Below, in pieces: positions 13,401 to 27,228 of a DNA stretch of 47,438 nt. The stretch's first letter is position 1; each line of letters starts with the position of its first letter. The notes beneath the pieces were generated by a model, which saw only the letters and a list, made by a program, of their open reading frames with translations, did no database searches and was not told where the DNA came from. Source of the stretch: Paramecium tetraurelia (lineage: Eukaryota); NCBI GenBank assembly GCA_000165425.1, contig CT868663.1:310001-357438 (forward strand), written 5' to 3'. Position numbers and translations under genes: made by a program.

Positions 13401-16400
13401 AATCAAATTGGAAAGAGCTCAGAAGTTAACCGAAGGATTATCAGAAGAAAAGGAAAGGTGGGGTAGAGACATTAAGTCATTATAAGCTAAAGTAGAATTA
13501 CTACCAGGTGATGCAATTGTAGCAGCAGGTATGGTTGCATATTCTGGACCATTTACTTCCCATTATAGAACATCAATGGAAGGAGATTGGGTGTTGAAGT
13601 TAGGAGTTGTAGGAGTAGCACATTCTGAAGGGGTCACCATGAGACAGTTCCTAGGAGATGGAGTTAAGATTTAAGCATGGAACATTGCTGGATTACCAAA
13701 AGATGACACTTCTACTGAAAATGGAATAATCATTGATAAAAGTAGAAGATGGTGTTTGATGATTGATCCTTAAAATTAAGCCAACAAATTCATCAAAAAT
13801 ATGGGAAGAGATAATGCTGAAGGAATTGATGTTGTTAAAATATCAGACGTTAATTTGATGAGAACTCTAGAATTAGCTATCTAATTTGGTAAATGGGTTT
13901 TATTAGAAAATGTAGGCAGAGAATTAGATCCTTCTTTGGAACCTATTCTCAATCAACAATTAGTCAAGTCAGGCACTTCATATACTATAACTATTGGTGA
14001 TAAGTAATTAACTTATAATGAAAAGTTCAAGTTATATCTTACAACAACCATTCCCAATCCTCACTACTCTCCTGAAACTTTTGTTAAAGTTACTATCATC
14101 AATTTTGCTATCACTGCTAGTGGATTGGAAGAACAAATGCTTGCCTAAATTGTTGCACTTGAAAACCCAGCTTTGGAATAAAAGAAGATTGAAATTGTTA
14201 AGAAAAATGCAGCTGATAAGAAACAATTATTAGCTATTGAAGATTCAATTCTTAAATCTCTTTCAGATTAAAAAGGAGATATCTCTGAAATCCTATTGGA
14301 TGAAACCCTCATAAACAAGTTGTAAACCAGTAAAAGATTTGCAGCTGAAATCAACTAAAGAGTTAAAGATTCTAAAATAACAGAGGCTTAAATTGATGAA
14401 GTCAGAGAATCCTATAGACCTGTTGCATTCAGATCCTCATTGTTATTCTTCTGTATCACTGATCTTGCTAATATTGATCCTATGTATTAATATTCACTCC
14501 AATGGTTTACTAAATTATTTGTCTTGGGAGTTGAAAATGCTTAACCATCTTCTGTGATTGAAGAAAGACTGAAGAACTTAAATGATTACTTCACTTATTC
14601 ACTTTATGAGAATATCTGCAGATCATTGTTTGAAAGACACAAGTTATTGTTTTCATTTATGCTCTGTGTTAAAATTTTATAAGGAGCATAAATGATGGAT
14701 GATAAACAATGGAGATACCTCCTAGCAGGTCCTTAAGGAGATATTAAGATTGCTCATAATCCAACAGCTTGGATTTCTGATAATTCTTGGCCTGACATAT
14801 ACAGATAGATGAAAGGAATGTCAACTCTAGAGGCTTTCAAAGGATTTGATCAGTTTTTCTTGGATAATTCAGATTAGTTTAAAGGAATTTGGGATTCTTC
14901 ATAACCATAAAAAGAATAGTTGCCTGAACCATGGTAAGGATAGTTGACTTAATTTGAGAAATTAATCTTCTTAAAGGCTCTAAGACCTGATAAATTAGTG
15001 CCTGCAATTTAAGATTACATAGATTAGTAATTAAATCCTAAATTTACAATTCCACCTACATTTGATTTGGAGAAATGCTACAAGGATTCATCACCAATGT
15101 CGCCTTTAATTTTTGTGTTATCAGCAGGTAGTGATCCAGTTGCAGACTTCCTTAAATTTGCAGAAGAGTAAAATATGGCCAAAAGATTTGATTCCATATC
15201 TTTGGGATAAGGTCAAGGACCTAAGGCAGAGAGAATGGTTAAAGATGCCATTTAAAGAGGAGGTTGGGTGCTCTTATAGAATTGCCATTTAGCTATATCT
15301 TGGATGAATGATCTGGAACGTATTTGTGAGGAATTGAATGAAAATATACACAAGGACTTTAGATTATGGTTAACTTCAATGCCTTCGAGTTCCTTCCCAA
15401 TCCCTGTATTGTAGAATTCTGTTAAAATGACAATTGAACCTCCACAAGGAATTAGAGCTAATTTAATGAGAACATATAAGAACTTGGATGATAAGGAATT
15501 GAGTGAATGCACAAAATAAGACATTTTTAAAAAGCTGCTCTTTGGATTTTGTTTATTCCATGCAATTATTTAAGATAGAAGAAAGTTTGGTGCAATTGGT
15601 TGGAATATCCCTTATGAATTTACAAATGAAGATCTAACAGTCTGCAAAAGACAACTAAAAATGTTATTAGATGAGTATGACAAGGTACCATATAAAGTAA
15701 TTCAATATTTGGGAGCTGAAATCAATTATGGTGGTAGAGTAACTGATGATAAAGATGTGAGATTGATAAAGACAATTATCAAGAAATACATATGTCATGA
15801 AGCTTTAAGAGATGGATATAAGTTTTCAGAATCAGGAATCTACGTTTCTTTAGCCTCAACCAATTAGGAAGGATATCTCAATTATATAGAGTAACTTCCT
15901 TTAAATCCTGATCCTGAAGCATTTGGAATGCATGAAAATGCTGAAATTACTAATTCTTAAAATACAACAAGAATCTTATTAGAAACTGTACTCTCCATTC
16001 AACCAAGACAATCATCAGGTACCGGAAAATCAAGGGAAGAAACCATTGAGGAAATTGCCACCTTTGTTTAGAGTCGTACTCCTGAAGTTCTGCCATTTGA
16101 TGACATTTTTAAGAAATATCCTACTTCCTATGAAGAATCTATGAATACAGTGCTAGTCTAAGAAGTTATTAGATACAACCGATTATTGGCAACGATGAAA
16201 GAATCCTTGATCAATGTGAAGAAAGCACTTAAAGGTCAGATTGTCATGTCTGATGAACTTGAAAGTCTTGCCAATTCACTATTTGATAATTAGGTTCCTC
16301 TGATGTGGGCTGAAAAAGGATTTCTCTCTTTAAAACCTCTTTCTAGTTGGACCAATGATCTCTCGGCAAGAATTAATTTCCTGTAATCTTGGGTCGACAA

Positions 16401-16936
16401 TGGAACTCCTAAAGTCTTCTGGATTAGTGGTAAATTTTTACTTTACATTTAAGGTTTCTTTTTCCCTTAAGCATTTCTCACAGGATCATTATAGAACTAT
16501 GCTAGAAGACATGTAATTGCCATTGATAAACTGAATTATGAATTTAAGATACTTGACACTCTTTCACCATAAGATATAGAAGAGAAGCCAGAAGATGGAT
16601 GCTATGTCTTTGGCATTTCATTGGAAGGAATAAGATGGGATTACAAAAAACATTTCATTACTCATCCTAGACCAAAGGAATTATATTCGGAATTACCATT
16701 GGTTTGGTTATTACCTTGTATTGAAAAGGAGTATCCTAAAGATCTAGTTATTTATTAATGTCCCCTTTATAAAGTTGTTTCAAGGTATTTAAAATACTTA
16801 ATTCTTAAGAGCTGGAACATTAAGCACTACTGGACATTCAACTAACTTTGTCACTTTTCTTGAACTCCCATCCAAAGATTCTGAAGAGCAATGGATTAGA
16901 GCTGGCGCTGCCGCATTTTTATCATTAAGATATTGA
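4418..16936 (+). CDS. DNAH1: Axonemal inner-arm dynein heavy chain, DNAH1-like (two apparent +1 frameshifts)
   Basis: P-loops GPAGTGKT (8882), GPTGGGKT (9725), GPTGTGKT (10722) and GVGGSGRQS (11785); [27 protein letters not shown]-terminal [14 protein letters not shown]-terminal [17 protein letters not shown] and ICFDAEDP...YNYFIDGMP resemble the DNAH1 subfamily. Introns 4508-4530, 4820-4846, 16430-16453, 16785-16809. Confidence 0.93.
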
Positions 16937-16989
16937 ATGATGCAAATATTATAATTATAATATATTATTTGGATATTACACGGGCACTT

Positions 16990-17957
16990 TACTCTTTCCA
17001 CCTTATTTACCAGTCTTTCCCATTTATTCATAGGATTACATTTAGAATTTATACTCCTTTGAAATTAATTAATTTATATTTAAAAGGATTTAATTATCTT
17101 TATATGTAGAAATACATTGTCACAACTTTTAATCTCCTTCCTTATTAATCAAAAATTGTCTTGCCAAATTTAAAAATAATTTAAATTGAAATATAAATCA
17201 TTAACTAATGGACTTCTACAATTAGATTAATGCATCATTAAAATATTCATCTTAATGAATAATGTATTTCATTATCTTCTTTTATGCCTCAAACATTTAG
17301 TCTAGTTATTTTTATCTATTTTAAATGAGACAATCATTATTAACTTTTCTCAACTATAAATTAATCGGAGAAGCTTGTCTCTTCACCGTTTGTCTGCTTG
17401 TGAGACTTTAGAGCTATTTATTCAACTATACTAATCTTAACTATTTTTCATTTCCCAATGACAATTTAGGAATGTGGAACCTCATTTATTCTTTTTATTA
17501 GCATTCGTCTTTTAAAGCTCTTAGAGATAAATTTGATAATTATTTATTTTTTTCGTTAATGTTTTCCTAACTGCTCCAACAGTAATTATTTTTCTTATTA
17601 AAAATTATTCTTCTTTGTTTTTATGAAATTTCAGTGCTCATTCTCTCTGTTTAAGGTTATTACAGTGAATTCATTATTTATTTATTACAATTTGAACTTA
17701 GCCTCTTTTTGGGAATGTAGTAAAATTTTTAATTAATCTATTCCTCTTTACATTTAATCATAGCTTTTTAGCATAATTTCTACATTAGATTTATATGAAA
17801 CTTTGGATTTTATTGCTGATTTAATTCTTAGTTCATAATTTTATTAATATTGAACTAAATTGAACAAAATATGCCACTTTTCATTTGTATTTCGCAATTA
17901 TTAAAGTCTATACAAATAGTAAAGCAAGTTATCAATTGACTTTCACAATTACAACAT
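16990..17957 (-). pseudogene. Possible degenerate gene
   Basis: MLQL*KSIDNLLYYLYRLQQLRNTNEKWHILFNLV... is open for about 100 codons but has an in-frame TGA at codon 5 and further breaks near 17635. Boundaries are approximate. Confidence 0.35.
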
Positions 17958-17986
17958 TATTTATAAAATTTTAGGATAATAATATA

Positions 17987-18556
17987 ATGTAAAAATTGCA
18001 TATAAATCTAAAGAGTGCATCATACTAAAACTTGTAAAGAGTAAAGTCTCTTGATTTACTCAGCCCAGTATCACAAAGAGTTTTAGAATAAGTTCGCATT
18101 CAAGAATTTAAAAATATTAGAACCTCAAAAAAAAAATTCAACTCACCATTAAAAGAGGTTTTACATTTAGACTCCAATAAAAAAGATCTCAAAACTCATT
18201 TACCAAGCATTAGCTAAATTCCTAACTCAGATTTAGAGATTAGTAATAAGATATCAAAAATAAAACTAAAGATTGTGCCCAGAGAAGAAAACGAGTCAAA
18301 ACTTAATTTACAGAAATTTAAATTTAATGATCGAAATACTATTAGGCCAAACAAAGTATGTATCAAAAAAAAGGAAATGGATAATCAGTAAAAGAGAAGT
18401 CAAAGCTTTAATAATAAAATACATATAAATAAAGTTTAGCATTAATTTATGGAATAATTAAAAAGTCTCTCAACAACAATCCTATATCATTTATCTTAAT
18501 AAACAAATTAATTAGATCGTTAATTTGATTAATTGGAAAACTAATTATCATTTTGA
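17987..18556 (+). CDS. Hypothetical basic low-complexity protein (189 aa)
   Basis: Uninterrupted 570-nt code-6 ORF MQKLHINLKSASYQNLQRVKSLDLLSP...QLENQLSF-TGA. Confidence 0.75.
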
Positions 18557-19502
18557 TAAGTTTATGTACATTATACCATTTTTTAATACATCTCTTTTTC
18601 ATATCATATTCAAGTCATATAGAAAATCAAAGATACAATTATTGAGTGTTTGCTCAATATTTAATATTAAAAAGTAATAGAAATAAATTATTATCTCACC
18701 TCCTTTATTTTGTCTCCTTGTTTTTCAATATTCATAATCATGTAGGTTCGTTTGCATGGTTCCTCTATATAAAAATTAATTTGTAATAAAATACAATAAT
18801 TAAACATTTAATCACAATAACTTAAATTTAACCAATATGATCCTAATTTAATTGAAAGCCCTTAAATTTGCAATTGATGGCTCTGATTCATGAGATTTCT
18901 AATTATTATTTTAGTTGAAATTATTTGCTTCAACAAATATACATGTATATTCAAATAAATAAATTATTAATAATATTATTGATATTTGAAGATAATCTAA
19001 TTAATAAAGTACCATATATTAATAACAATAAATTCAAAAATAAAAAGCCATAACCTCTAAAAACTATTCTATGATTATAAATATTATAAATTTAGAATGA
19101 TTTTATGTAAATAAATATGTTGCTTTTGTTTTTCCTTTTTGCCTTATATATATAGTTAAATTTTTAATACAAATACATTCACTTCAATGGGTAGTCATTA
19201 GAAAATTCATTGAGCAATTACTATTATTCCAGAGTAACTCCAGGAAATGCTACATCCAAATTATTCTAAAAATTAATTTCTATTATATAATATAAGTGAG
19301 TAAAAGAGTGAAAGATAACATATATTGTTCAAAAAAACAGGATTATTTGTATCAATATAGATAGATGATTATTAAATTATTCAATTATAGCAATTATGAA
19401 TTCATTTATTGTCCGATTTTATTATTTCTATTTATCTTTGATTTTTCTCGAAAAATATTAAATAATTCTAAATATTTAAATCAAAATACTTTTTATAAAT
19501 TG

Positions 19503-20525
19503 ATGGATTTCAATGAGATCTAGACAAAAGTTACCGTAGCTTTGCAATAATTCACCGAATATACTCAAAATCATTTGCATGAATATGGATATTCGATTTA
19601 TATTTTAGTTGGAATAATTTCACTCATAGTTGGGTTTAAAATTGGGTATATTAATTTTAATACTTAGAAAATCGGATATATTGGTTTCCAAAAAATAAAT
19701 AAAATAATTAGAATAATTTAAGTATCTGAAGGAATAAAAGGAAAAATCTAAAGAATAGTTGTTAAATGAATTTTAAAAGCTAACCAAATTCTCTAAAATA
19801 TTTTATTTTCTAATTCTAATAGGCAACTCATGCATATACTATTTTAAAATAGAAGTAGGAAGCATTGAAATTTAGATTGCTTTTAGCTTAGCTTTAATTA
19901 TTCTAATAGAAGGATATAAAGTATATGAAAAATATAGGTTAAGCTCAATTAAACATAATTTGGAGCAAACTGAAAAAGAAACTAATCAAATTATACATGA
20001 AATTCAAAAAGTATTTATTAAACATATTCAAAGAATTTAGGAGAGGAGATCCGAACAATCTTAAAAAAAGAGGCTTTACTTGAGCAACGTGATTTTATTA
20101 AGAAATAGTTGTAAGCTTCTGAGGCTCTATTGAAGTAACAATATGAAGACAAGTATAAAGGTTAGATAGAAGAATTGAGGAAAAAAATTCTAACCCTTGA
20201 GAATAAGGAATAATAATAGAAGGAAGAAATTTAAAATTTTAAAAGAACGACTTAAATTCATAAAACAGAGCCTCTTATTAGAATAAGTCAAAAGAAAATT
20301 GAAGATGGCACTACTAATCTTAGGAAAGAGATTGCTCATTTGGAAAAGGAAGGAAAAATATAAAAGGACATGATTTCAAAGGTGATTAATTTTGAGTGGT
20401 GTGGAGATTGTGTCTCAAAGGAAGTTCATTGCATAAAAAATTATTTCCAATATGCTTCAAAAATAGGGGTGGAATATTAATAGCAATTGGATTAATTAAA
20501 GTAGGAGGAGCAAGTTCAAAATTGA
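19503..20525 (+). CDS. Membrane coiled-coil protein (3 hydrophobic segments, C-terminal CxxC)
   Basis: YSIYILVGIISLIVGF, IFYFLILIGNSCIYYF and IQIAFSLALIILIEGY, then a long K/E/Q coiled coil and WCGDCVSKEVHC. Two tiny introns (~19646-19667, ~20011-20033). Confidence 0.8.
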
Positions 20526-20578
20526 TAAATAGTATTCAATCAATTGTTTAAAATTATTAAATTATTTTATTTATATAA

Positions 20579-22135
20579 ATGGAAATCACATTAACAGCCA
20601 CAATTTTTAGTTTATTTGGATGGAATGTTTATTTGTTGATCAAAAAATACAGGGAAAGGCTAAGATAAAACTTCTTGCATAATCTAATTGATTAAGAGTC
20701 TGATAATCTAATTAAGAATGTAGCGCCATACAAAAAAATTAAAGCAAACGAATAAAGCGAAAAAGTAGTCAAGAAAACTTAGTTAGAAGAGGCAGAATCA
20801 AGTTCAGATGATAATGAACTTATTTAATATAGAAGAAGCAAGACAATCTTAGATGAAGTACGATAAGAAAATTTTCAAGAGCAATGTTATATTTAAAATT
20901 CCACATACTTTGATATAATCAATGGTCCTTGTAGGAAAGATCGAAGATAGAATAGACATAATAAAGACTTTTCATTCACAACTTAGAACTAGGATTCTAA
21001 GCAGATGAAAAAATTCAGAAAAAACTCAAAAATTTATATTGATGATTCGTTACCATTTGAGAGTCCAAAAAAAACTAATAAGAACTCTAGCAATAAGGTA
21101 TCTGAGAAAAAGATAAACTAATTTGATTTTTCAGGTTTAAAAGATCAATTCGATACTTAGGATCAATAGTAAGATCAATAGTAGGAACTTACAAAATGTG
21201 TTACTGATTTAGCCTCTCAATTTGAATTGAAACAAGATAATTAAAACTAAGAAGGGAATACAAACCCTTTATAGTTTTCTTTATAGCCTGAAAAAGCAAA
21301 TGATGAAGTAAAAGAATAATCAAATTAATAATAAGGGGAAACTGTAAATATTTTTGGTAAGTTCATAACTTAAGCACCACCTTAGTTGAAGGATAAATAG
21401 TAATAAGAATAAAAATAATTATCACCTTAACCTTAACCTTTATAATAAGAGCCAGCAAAGAATAATTTTGGATTATTTTCAAATTTATTGAATACTACAA
21501 ATCCTAATCCTGATGTAGTTACAGATAAAATAGTATAACCTGTTTAAATAAATCAAATGCCTTAAGTTTAAATACAAAATCTGAATAACGGGTTTTAATT
21601 GAAGATTAATGAATAAAATTAACCTTAATAATAATAATAAAATACATCTCTTTTTTAGAATTTAGGTCAAATCAATAATAATTAAATCCCTATTTTCAAT
21701 CTTAATAATTAAAATCAAGATAGTATAAATAAAAATGGCAGTGCTGATATCAAATAATCTAGTGCTATTTAAAATACTACACCATCAAGCTTCACTTTTG
21801 GAGTTAACTCAAATATTTAAACAAATTCATAAGGTGGATTATTTGATAATTTGCTCAATAAAAATGGTGGTTTATTTGGAAATTAAACAACTTCATCTTA
21901 CATTAGTCAAGACTAAATTAATAATAAACCAAATTTATTTTCATCACAACCTTAACAAACTTAAAGTAATTTAATTTAACCTTAACCTAATACTGGGAGT
22001 ACTTTATTTGGCAACATCCTTTCTGGGCAATAACCAAAAGAATAAAACCAATAAAGTTAAACAGGAGGCCTATTTAATTTTAGTTCGAATACTCAAGTTG
22101 GAAGTGGATTATTCGGAAATTTGTTAAAGAGCTGA
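20579..22135 (+). CDS. POM121-like transmembrane FG nucleoporin candidate (518 aa)
   Basis: Intronless 1557-nt ORF. N-terminal hydrophobic ITLTATIFSLFGWNVYLLI followed by KKYRER. The Q/N-rich C-terminus contains NIFG, NFGLFS, FTFG, GGLFD, GGLFG, TLFG, GGLFNF and SGLFG. Confidence 0.75.
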
Positions 22136-22204
22136 TTTTGATTTAGTTTATAAAATTATAATTGAGTTCTATGATAAATTCTTACAAGCATTTATTATAA
22201 AGTT

Positions 22205-25200
22205 ATGAGTGAATAAGGTATTTTACATTTCAGCATAACTAGAAGTTCAAAATGAAGCTCCAACGCAGAATTAGCCTTAAGAGAACTAAAGAAGACTCAT
22301 ACATCTCTCAAGTTTGGTGAATTAAGTATGAAGTTCCTGATGTAAAAATAGATGGTTGGACAAAGCAAAGATGAACCTGAAGACTTGGTGGAATTTAGCG
22401 TGCATGGAAAACTATTATCTGTATAAAGATGGTTATTATACATAGTACACAAGAAAGTCTTTGAATTTATTTGATGCAGAGAACAAAATTAGATTATGGG
22501 CTATATGGATGATTGAGTGGATGTATATATAAGTTAATTTGATATTTAGCTGGTTTGATAGATTCATCATAACGGTCATTTTATTAAACTCAATTTTATT
22601 GGCCACATAAGACTACAGTTGGAGGGAGACGAATTCAGAAGCACCAAGTAGCTGGACTGACAGTTTCGAATATATATTTACTGCAATCTTCATTATAGAG
22701 TTCCTTTTGAAAATGATAGCAATGGGATTTATGCTAGATAAGCAAACATACTTAAGAGACGGTTGGAATTTTATCGATTTTATTGTTGTAATAACAGGAA
22801 TCATCTCACTTTTCATTTCTGCTAGAGTGTCAGCAATTCGAATTGTAAGAATAATGAGGCCACTTAGATCTATAAACTCATTGAAAGAGATGAAAGTCCT
22901 AATCATTACTTTATTAGATTCCTTGCCTGCTTTGGGTAATGTGGTTATATTTTTACTATTTATCATAATCCTCTTTGGGATATTGGGATTATAAATATTT
23001 ATGGGAGCTTTGGAAAATAGATGCAGAGAAACTGAATATCCAGATGGGAATATTTGGAAAGCTTCGAATTATACAAAATTATGTTAGGATTCTTCAAATT
23101 GTCCTGCAGGAACATATTGTGGGAATCCAAATACTTATAATCTGCCTTAATAAGAATCAGATGACGAGAACTTTAATTACGGCTATACGAATTTCAATAA
23201 TATTATTTCAGCTACATTTACCATATTTTAAGCTTTAACAACAGAGGGTTGGACAGTGTTGATTTTTATTTATTAGGAGGCCTTGTCTACAGCTATAGTG
23301 TACATATATTTCTTGTTACTCATTTTCTTGGGATCCTTCTTTGTTGTAAACTTAATATTAGCTGTTATTAACGATAGTTTTATAGCTACTTAAATGAGAG
23401 CCAGTCTGAAAAATTCTCAGACTTCTGCTTCATCTATTCATTAGGAAGAGCAAGATGAAGAGATAGAATAAAATGAAGACGCAGAACATCAAGTTGCTTT
23501 GACAGGCAATTTGAATAATGGAGATTAGACATAAAACAATTAATTCAACCCTGAATAATAAATAAGGGAACCTATTGCATAGAATATTAATGAAACTAAT
23601 GCCTTCAAAAATTAAGAAAATCAAAATACTGGTGAATAATAATAATAAATTTCTAAGAGCAATACTATTGAATAAATTCAATAGGTTCACAGATCTTCAT
23701 CAAAATAAAGATGTCTTAAGATATAACCAACAAAGTTTAAGTAATTCCAGTAGTTTTTAATAGTTATTATAGAAACAAAGTAAATTATTGAGATAATGTA
23801 GGTACTTTTTGGCGTTTATAACTTCCATTATCATTTTAAATACAATAACTTTGTCTTTAGACAGATATCCTATTTCCAAAACTGAAAGCGAGATCTTAGA
23901 TGTAGCTAATTAGATATTCACTGTAATATTCACAATAGAAATGACTTTGAAACTAATTGCATTCGATACTAGTTACTTGAAGGATTCAATGAATATTTTT
24001 GATGCCGTGATCGTCATTTTATCCTTGATAGAATGGATTCTTAGTAGCGCAGGCAATAACTCCAGTGGAGGAAGTTTCTCAGCCATCTAAGCTTTTAGAA
24101 CACTAAGATTATTTAGATTATTTAAATTAGCACGTACATGGAGTAGTTTTAGAAAATTGTTATAGGCTATTGCAGCTACAGTGGGTGGCATTGCTTATTT
24201 TATTATTCTATTATTGTTATTTATGTCTGTTGCAGCACTTTTAGGTATGGAATTATTTGCTTACAAAACACCATATAGATATAACTTTAATAACTATTTG
24301 TCTTCAATGTTGGTTGTTTTCATGCTTCTGACTAATGAAGCTTGGAATACAATAGCCTATACATTTATGTATGATTTGGGATCTGTGTATCCAGTTATTT
24401 ACTTTGTGATAGTAATAATATTTGGAAATTTCATACTGTTAAAGTTGTTCATAGCTATTTTGATAAATAATTTTCATGAAGCCAATATCGATTAAAGCTA
24501 GTCTATTGAAGACAATCGGAATCTTCTATCAAGTAGACATGATTAGTCGATGAATGATAATCAATAGACTATTAAAATGAATCAGGTGTCACCAGAATAG
24601 ATTTAGCAATCCTTTTAAGTTATCAAATCTGCATCAAATTAATAAACAAATAATAATTCTGCTACTCGATTTAAGAATTTATCATAATAATTCATGGCAT
24701 CTACAATCATTTTGAATAGTACAATTAATTAATCTTTGCTTGAAGGAGTATCTCTATATATATTTCCACCTTAAAGCAAAATCAGACTATAGATTAACAA
24801 ATTAATAAATTAAAAGTATTTTGAGTTCTTTATTCTAACAATTATCATTATCTCAAGTATTTTGCTAGCTTTAGATGATCCACTCTCATCAGCGAATAAT
24901 GTAACTCTGAACGTGATTGATGAAATAATTACAGCCTTATTTATTTGTGAAGCTTTATTAAAAATAATTAGTAAGGGTTTTATAATTAATGGGCCCGATA
25001 GTTACATCAGATCTCCAGGCAATATATTAGATCTCGTTGTTATTATTTTTTCATCTTTAGCCTTTGATTAAAGTCAAGCATAAACATTTTCAAAGATTAA
25101 AATATTAAGAGTCATTAGAGTATTAAGGCCACTTAGATTGATAGTCAGAAATGAGGATTTAAAAATGTCAATAAATGCTTTGTTCAATAGTTTATCCCAA

Positions 25201-27110
25201 ATGATGAACATTGCTTTGGTTTGCCTAATATTCTTCTTATTATTCGGAATATTTGGAGTAACCTAATTTAAAGGAGCATATTACTACTGTGATATATCTG
25301 AAGTCAATGATAAATTAGAATGTTTTGACTAAGGGGGATCATGGCAAAATAAGAATTTCAATTTTGATAATGTATTGAATGCTATGATTACTTTATTTGT
25401 CATATCGACAACTGAAGGATGGATTAATTTAATGTCTGATGGAATTGATAGTAGAGGCATTAATCTTAATCCAAAAGAAAACAATGCATATGGATGGGCA
25501 TTATATTTTGTATTTTTTATAATTGTTGGTTCATTTTTCATAATTAACTTATTCGCAGGAGTTATAGTTGAAGCTTTTTAGAGTGAGAAAGAACGGTTAA
25601 GTTAGATGAAAGATTTGACTAAGTAGGAATTAGAATGGTATGAAATTTAACAAAAGATTTATTCAAGTGTGCCAATAGAGAAATTCAAAATCTCAAAACA
25701 CAAAATGATAAGATGGCTCAATGAAATCATATCATCAAATCCCTTTGAGATATTTATTTTGAGTGTAATCATTCTCAATACTTGTGTTATGATGATTTAA
25801 TATTTAAGATCTCCTTAAGAATTAACAGATGCTATTTAAAGCTTGAATTGGATATTTTTGGCCATCTTCTCTATAGAGGCAATTTTAAAATTAATAGTAT
25901 ATAGAAAATTTTACTTCAGTTCAGGGTGGAATGTTTTCGATTTCACAGTTGTGCTTTTAACAATTCTCGGTGTAATCTTAGAGTAAAGTAATGTCCTAAG
26001 CAATGTTGGTACAGCCACATCTATTCTTAGAACTTTCAGAATATTTAGAGTGTTGAGACTCATTAAGAGTGCTAAAAACTTAAGAATTATATTTGGAACA
26101 TTTCTAATAACTCTACCTGGATTGGTGAGTGTTGGTGGTTTATTAGGGATAATGTTGTTTATTTTTGCTATTATTTTTATGAATTTATTTCCATATGTGA
26201 AAAGAGGTGAGGGAGTTACAGAAAATTCAAATTTCAGTTCATTTGGAGTAAGCCTATTTACATTGTTTAAATGTTCAACTGGAGAAGATTGGAATTTAGT
26301 AATGATGGATACTGCTAGGACTGCATAACCAAATGATATTTGCTTTGATTTTAATGATTATGCTAATTATGCTGAATATGGCTTTATGGGTTGTGGAAAC
26401 GTAGGTGGTATATTATTAATGATTATCTTCATGATCATAGTTTCATTGATTATGTTGAATCTATTCGTTGCTATCATCATTGAAGTAAACCATATAATCA
26501 AATATTTCTTATTAGGGATTCTAAAATACTAGCAAAGAAGAAAATGCTCCTGTTAAGAAGTTAGATGTTGAGAACTTCCAACAGTTATGGAAAGATTACG
26601 ATAAAAATGCTACTGGGTTTATACAGTGCAAATATTTCACCTAATTTATGATGGCATTACCTTAACCATTGGGAGTAATTCTATTCTCTTATACTTTTAG
26701 TGGTCGAAATTGAAATATTCAGCAGCCCAACAACGATTGCATATGGCTCAATTGAATTTACCTGTATATAATCTGAATGGCAAGAATATGTATTTTTATT
26801 ATCAAGCTCTCATTTGTGCGGCTCAAGACTTTTTGGAATCAAGTGGGTTTATATCCAAGTAAAAATATTGTATAATTTAAGCTTTGAAATCTCTAAGGAT
26901 ATTGTTAAATTAAAACTGTAGCCATTAATGGAAAAAGCATTTTCGAAGGTTTCAAATTTAGAAACAGAATTTGACAGTGGTTAATATATGGCTGCTGTTC
27001 TAATTTAATAGAATACAAGAAGGAAATTTTAAAGATTAAAGAAATCTAAAAGTTCAGCTGTCATAGCTTAGTATACTAATGATGACGAAGTCTAATAATT
27101 TGTTGCTTGA
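22205..27110 (+). CDS. Four-domain voltage-gated Ca2+ channel alpha subunit
   Basis: Four S4 segments (IRIVRIMRPLR, FRTLRLFRLFK, ILRVIRVLRPLR, LRTFRIFRVLRLIK) and pore loops TTEGW, TNEAW, TTEGW, TGEDW. C-terminal EF-hand-like WKDYDKNATGFI and IQ-like AAVLIQQNTRRK. About 8 tiny introns. Confidence 0.95.
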
Positions 27111-27228
27111 TCATATAAATTTTATAATTTATTCTATTCTATGACATTATCATTAGATTTTACTCTTGTTATTATTAAATGCTTTAAATTTTTTAAAGAA
27201 ATTAGTTGTTAAAAAAATAATTAATAAA

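Noticed and set aside
10628..25541. Antisense or off-frame ORFs in the track (e.g. 10628-10831, 14018-14233, 15252-15524, 16798-17031, 21735-21974, 22613-22966, 25329-25541)
   Set aside because: Shadows of the dynein, nucleoporin and channel genes, produced by using the wrong genetic code.
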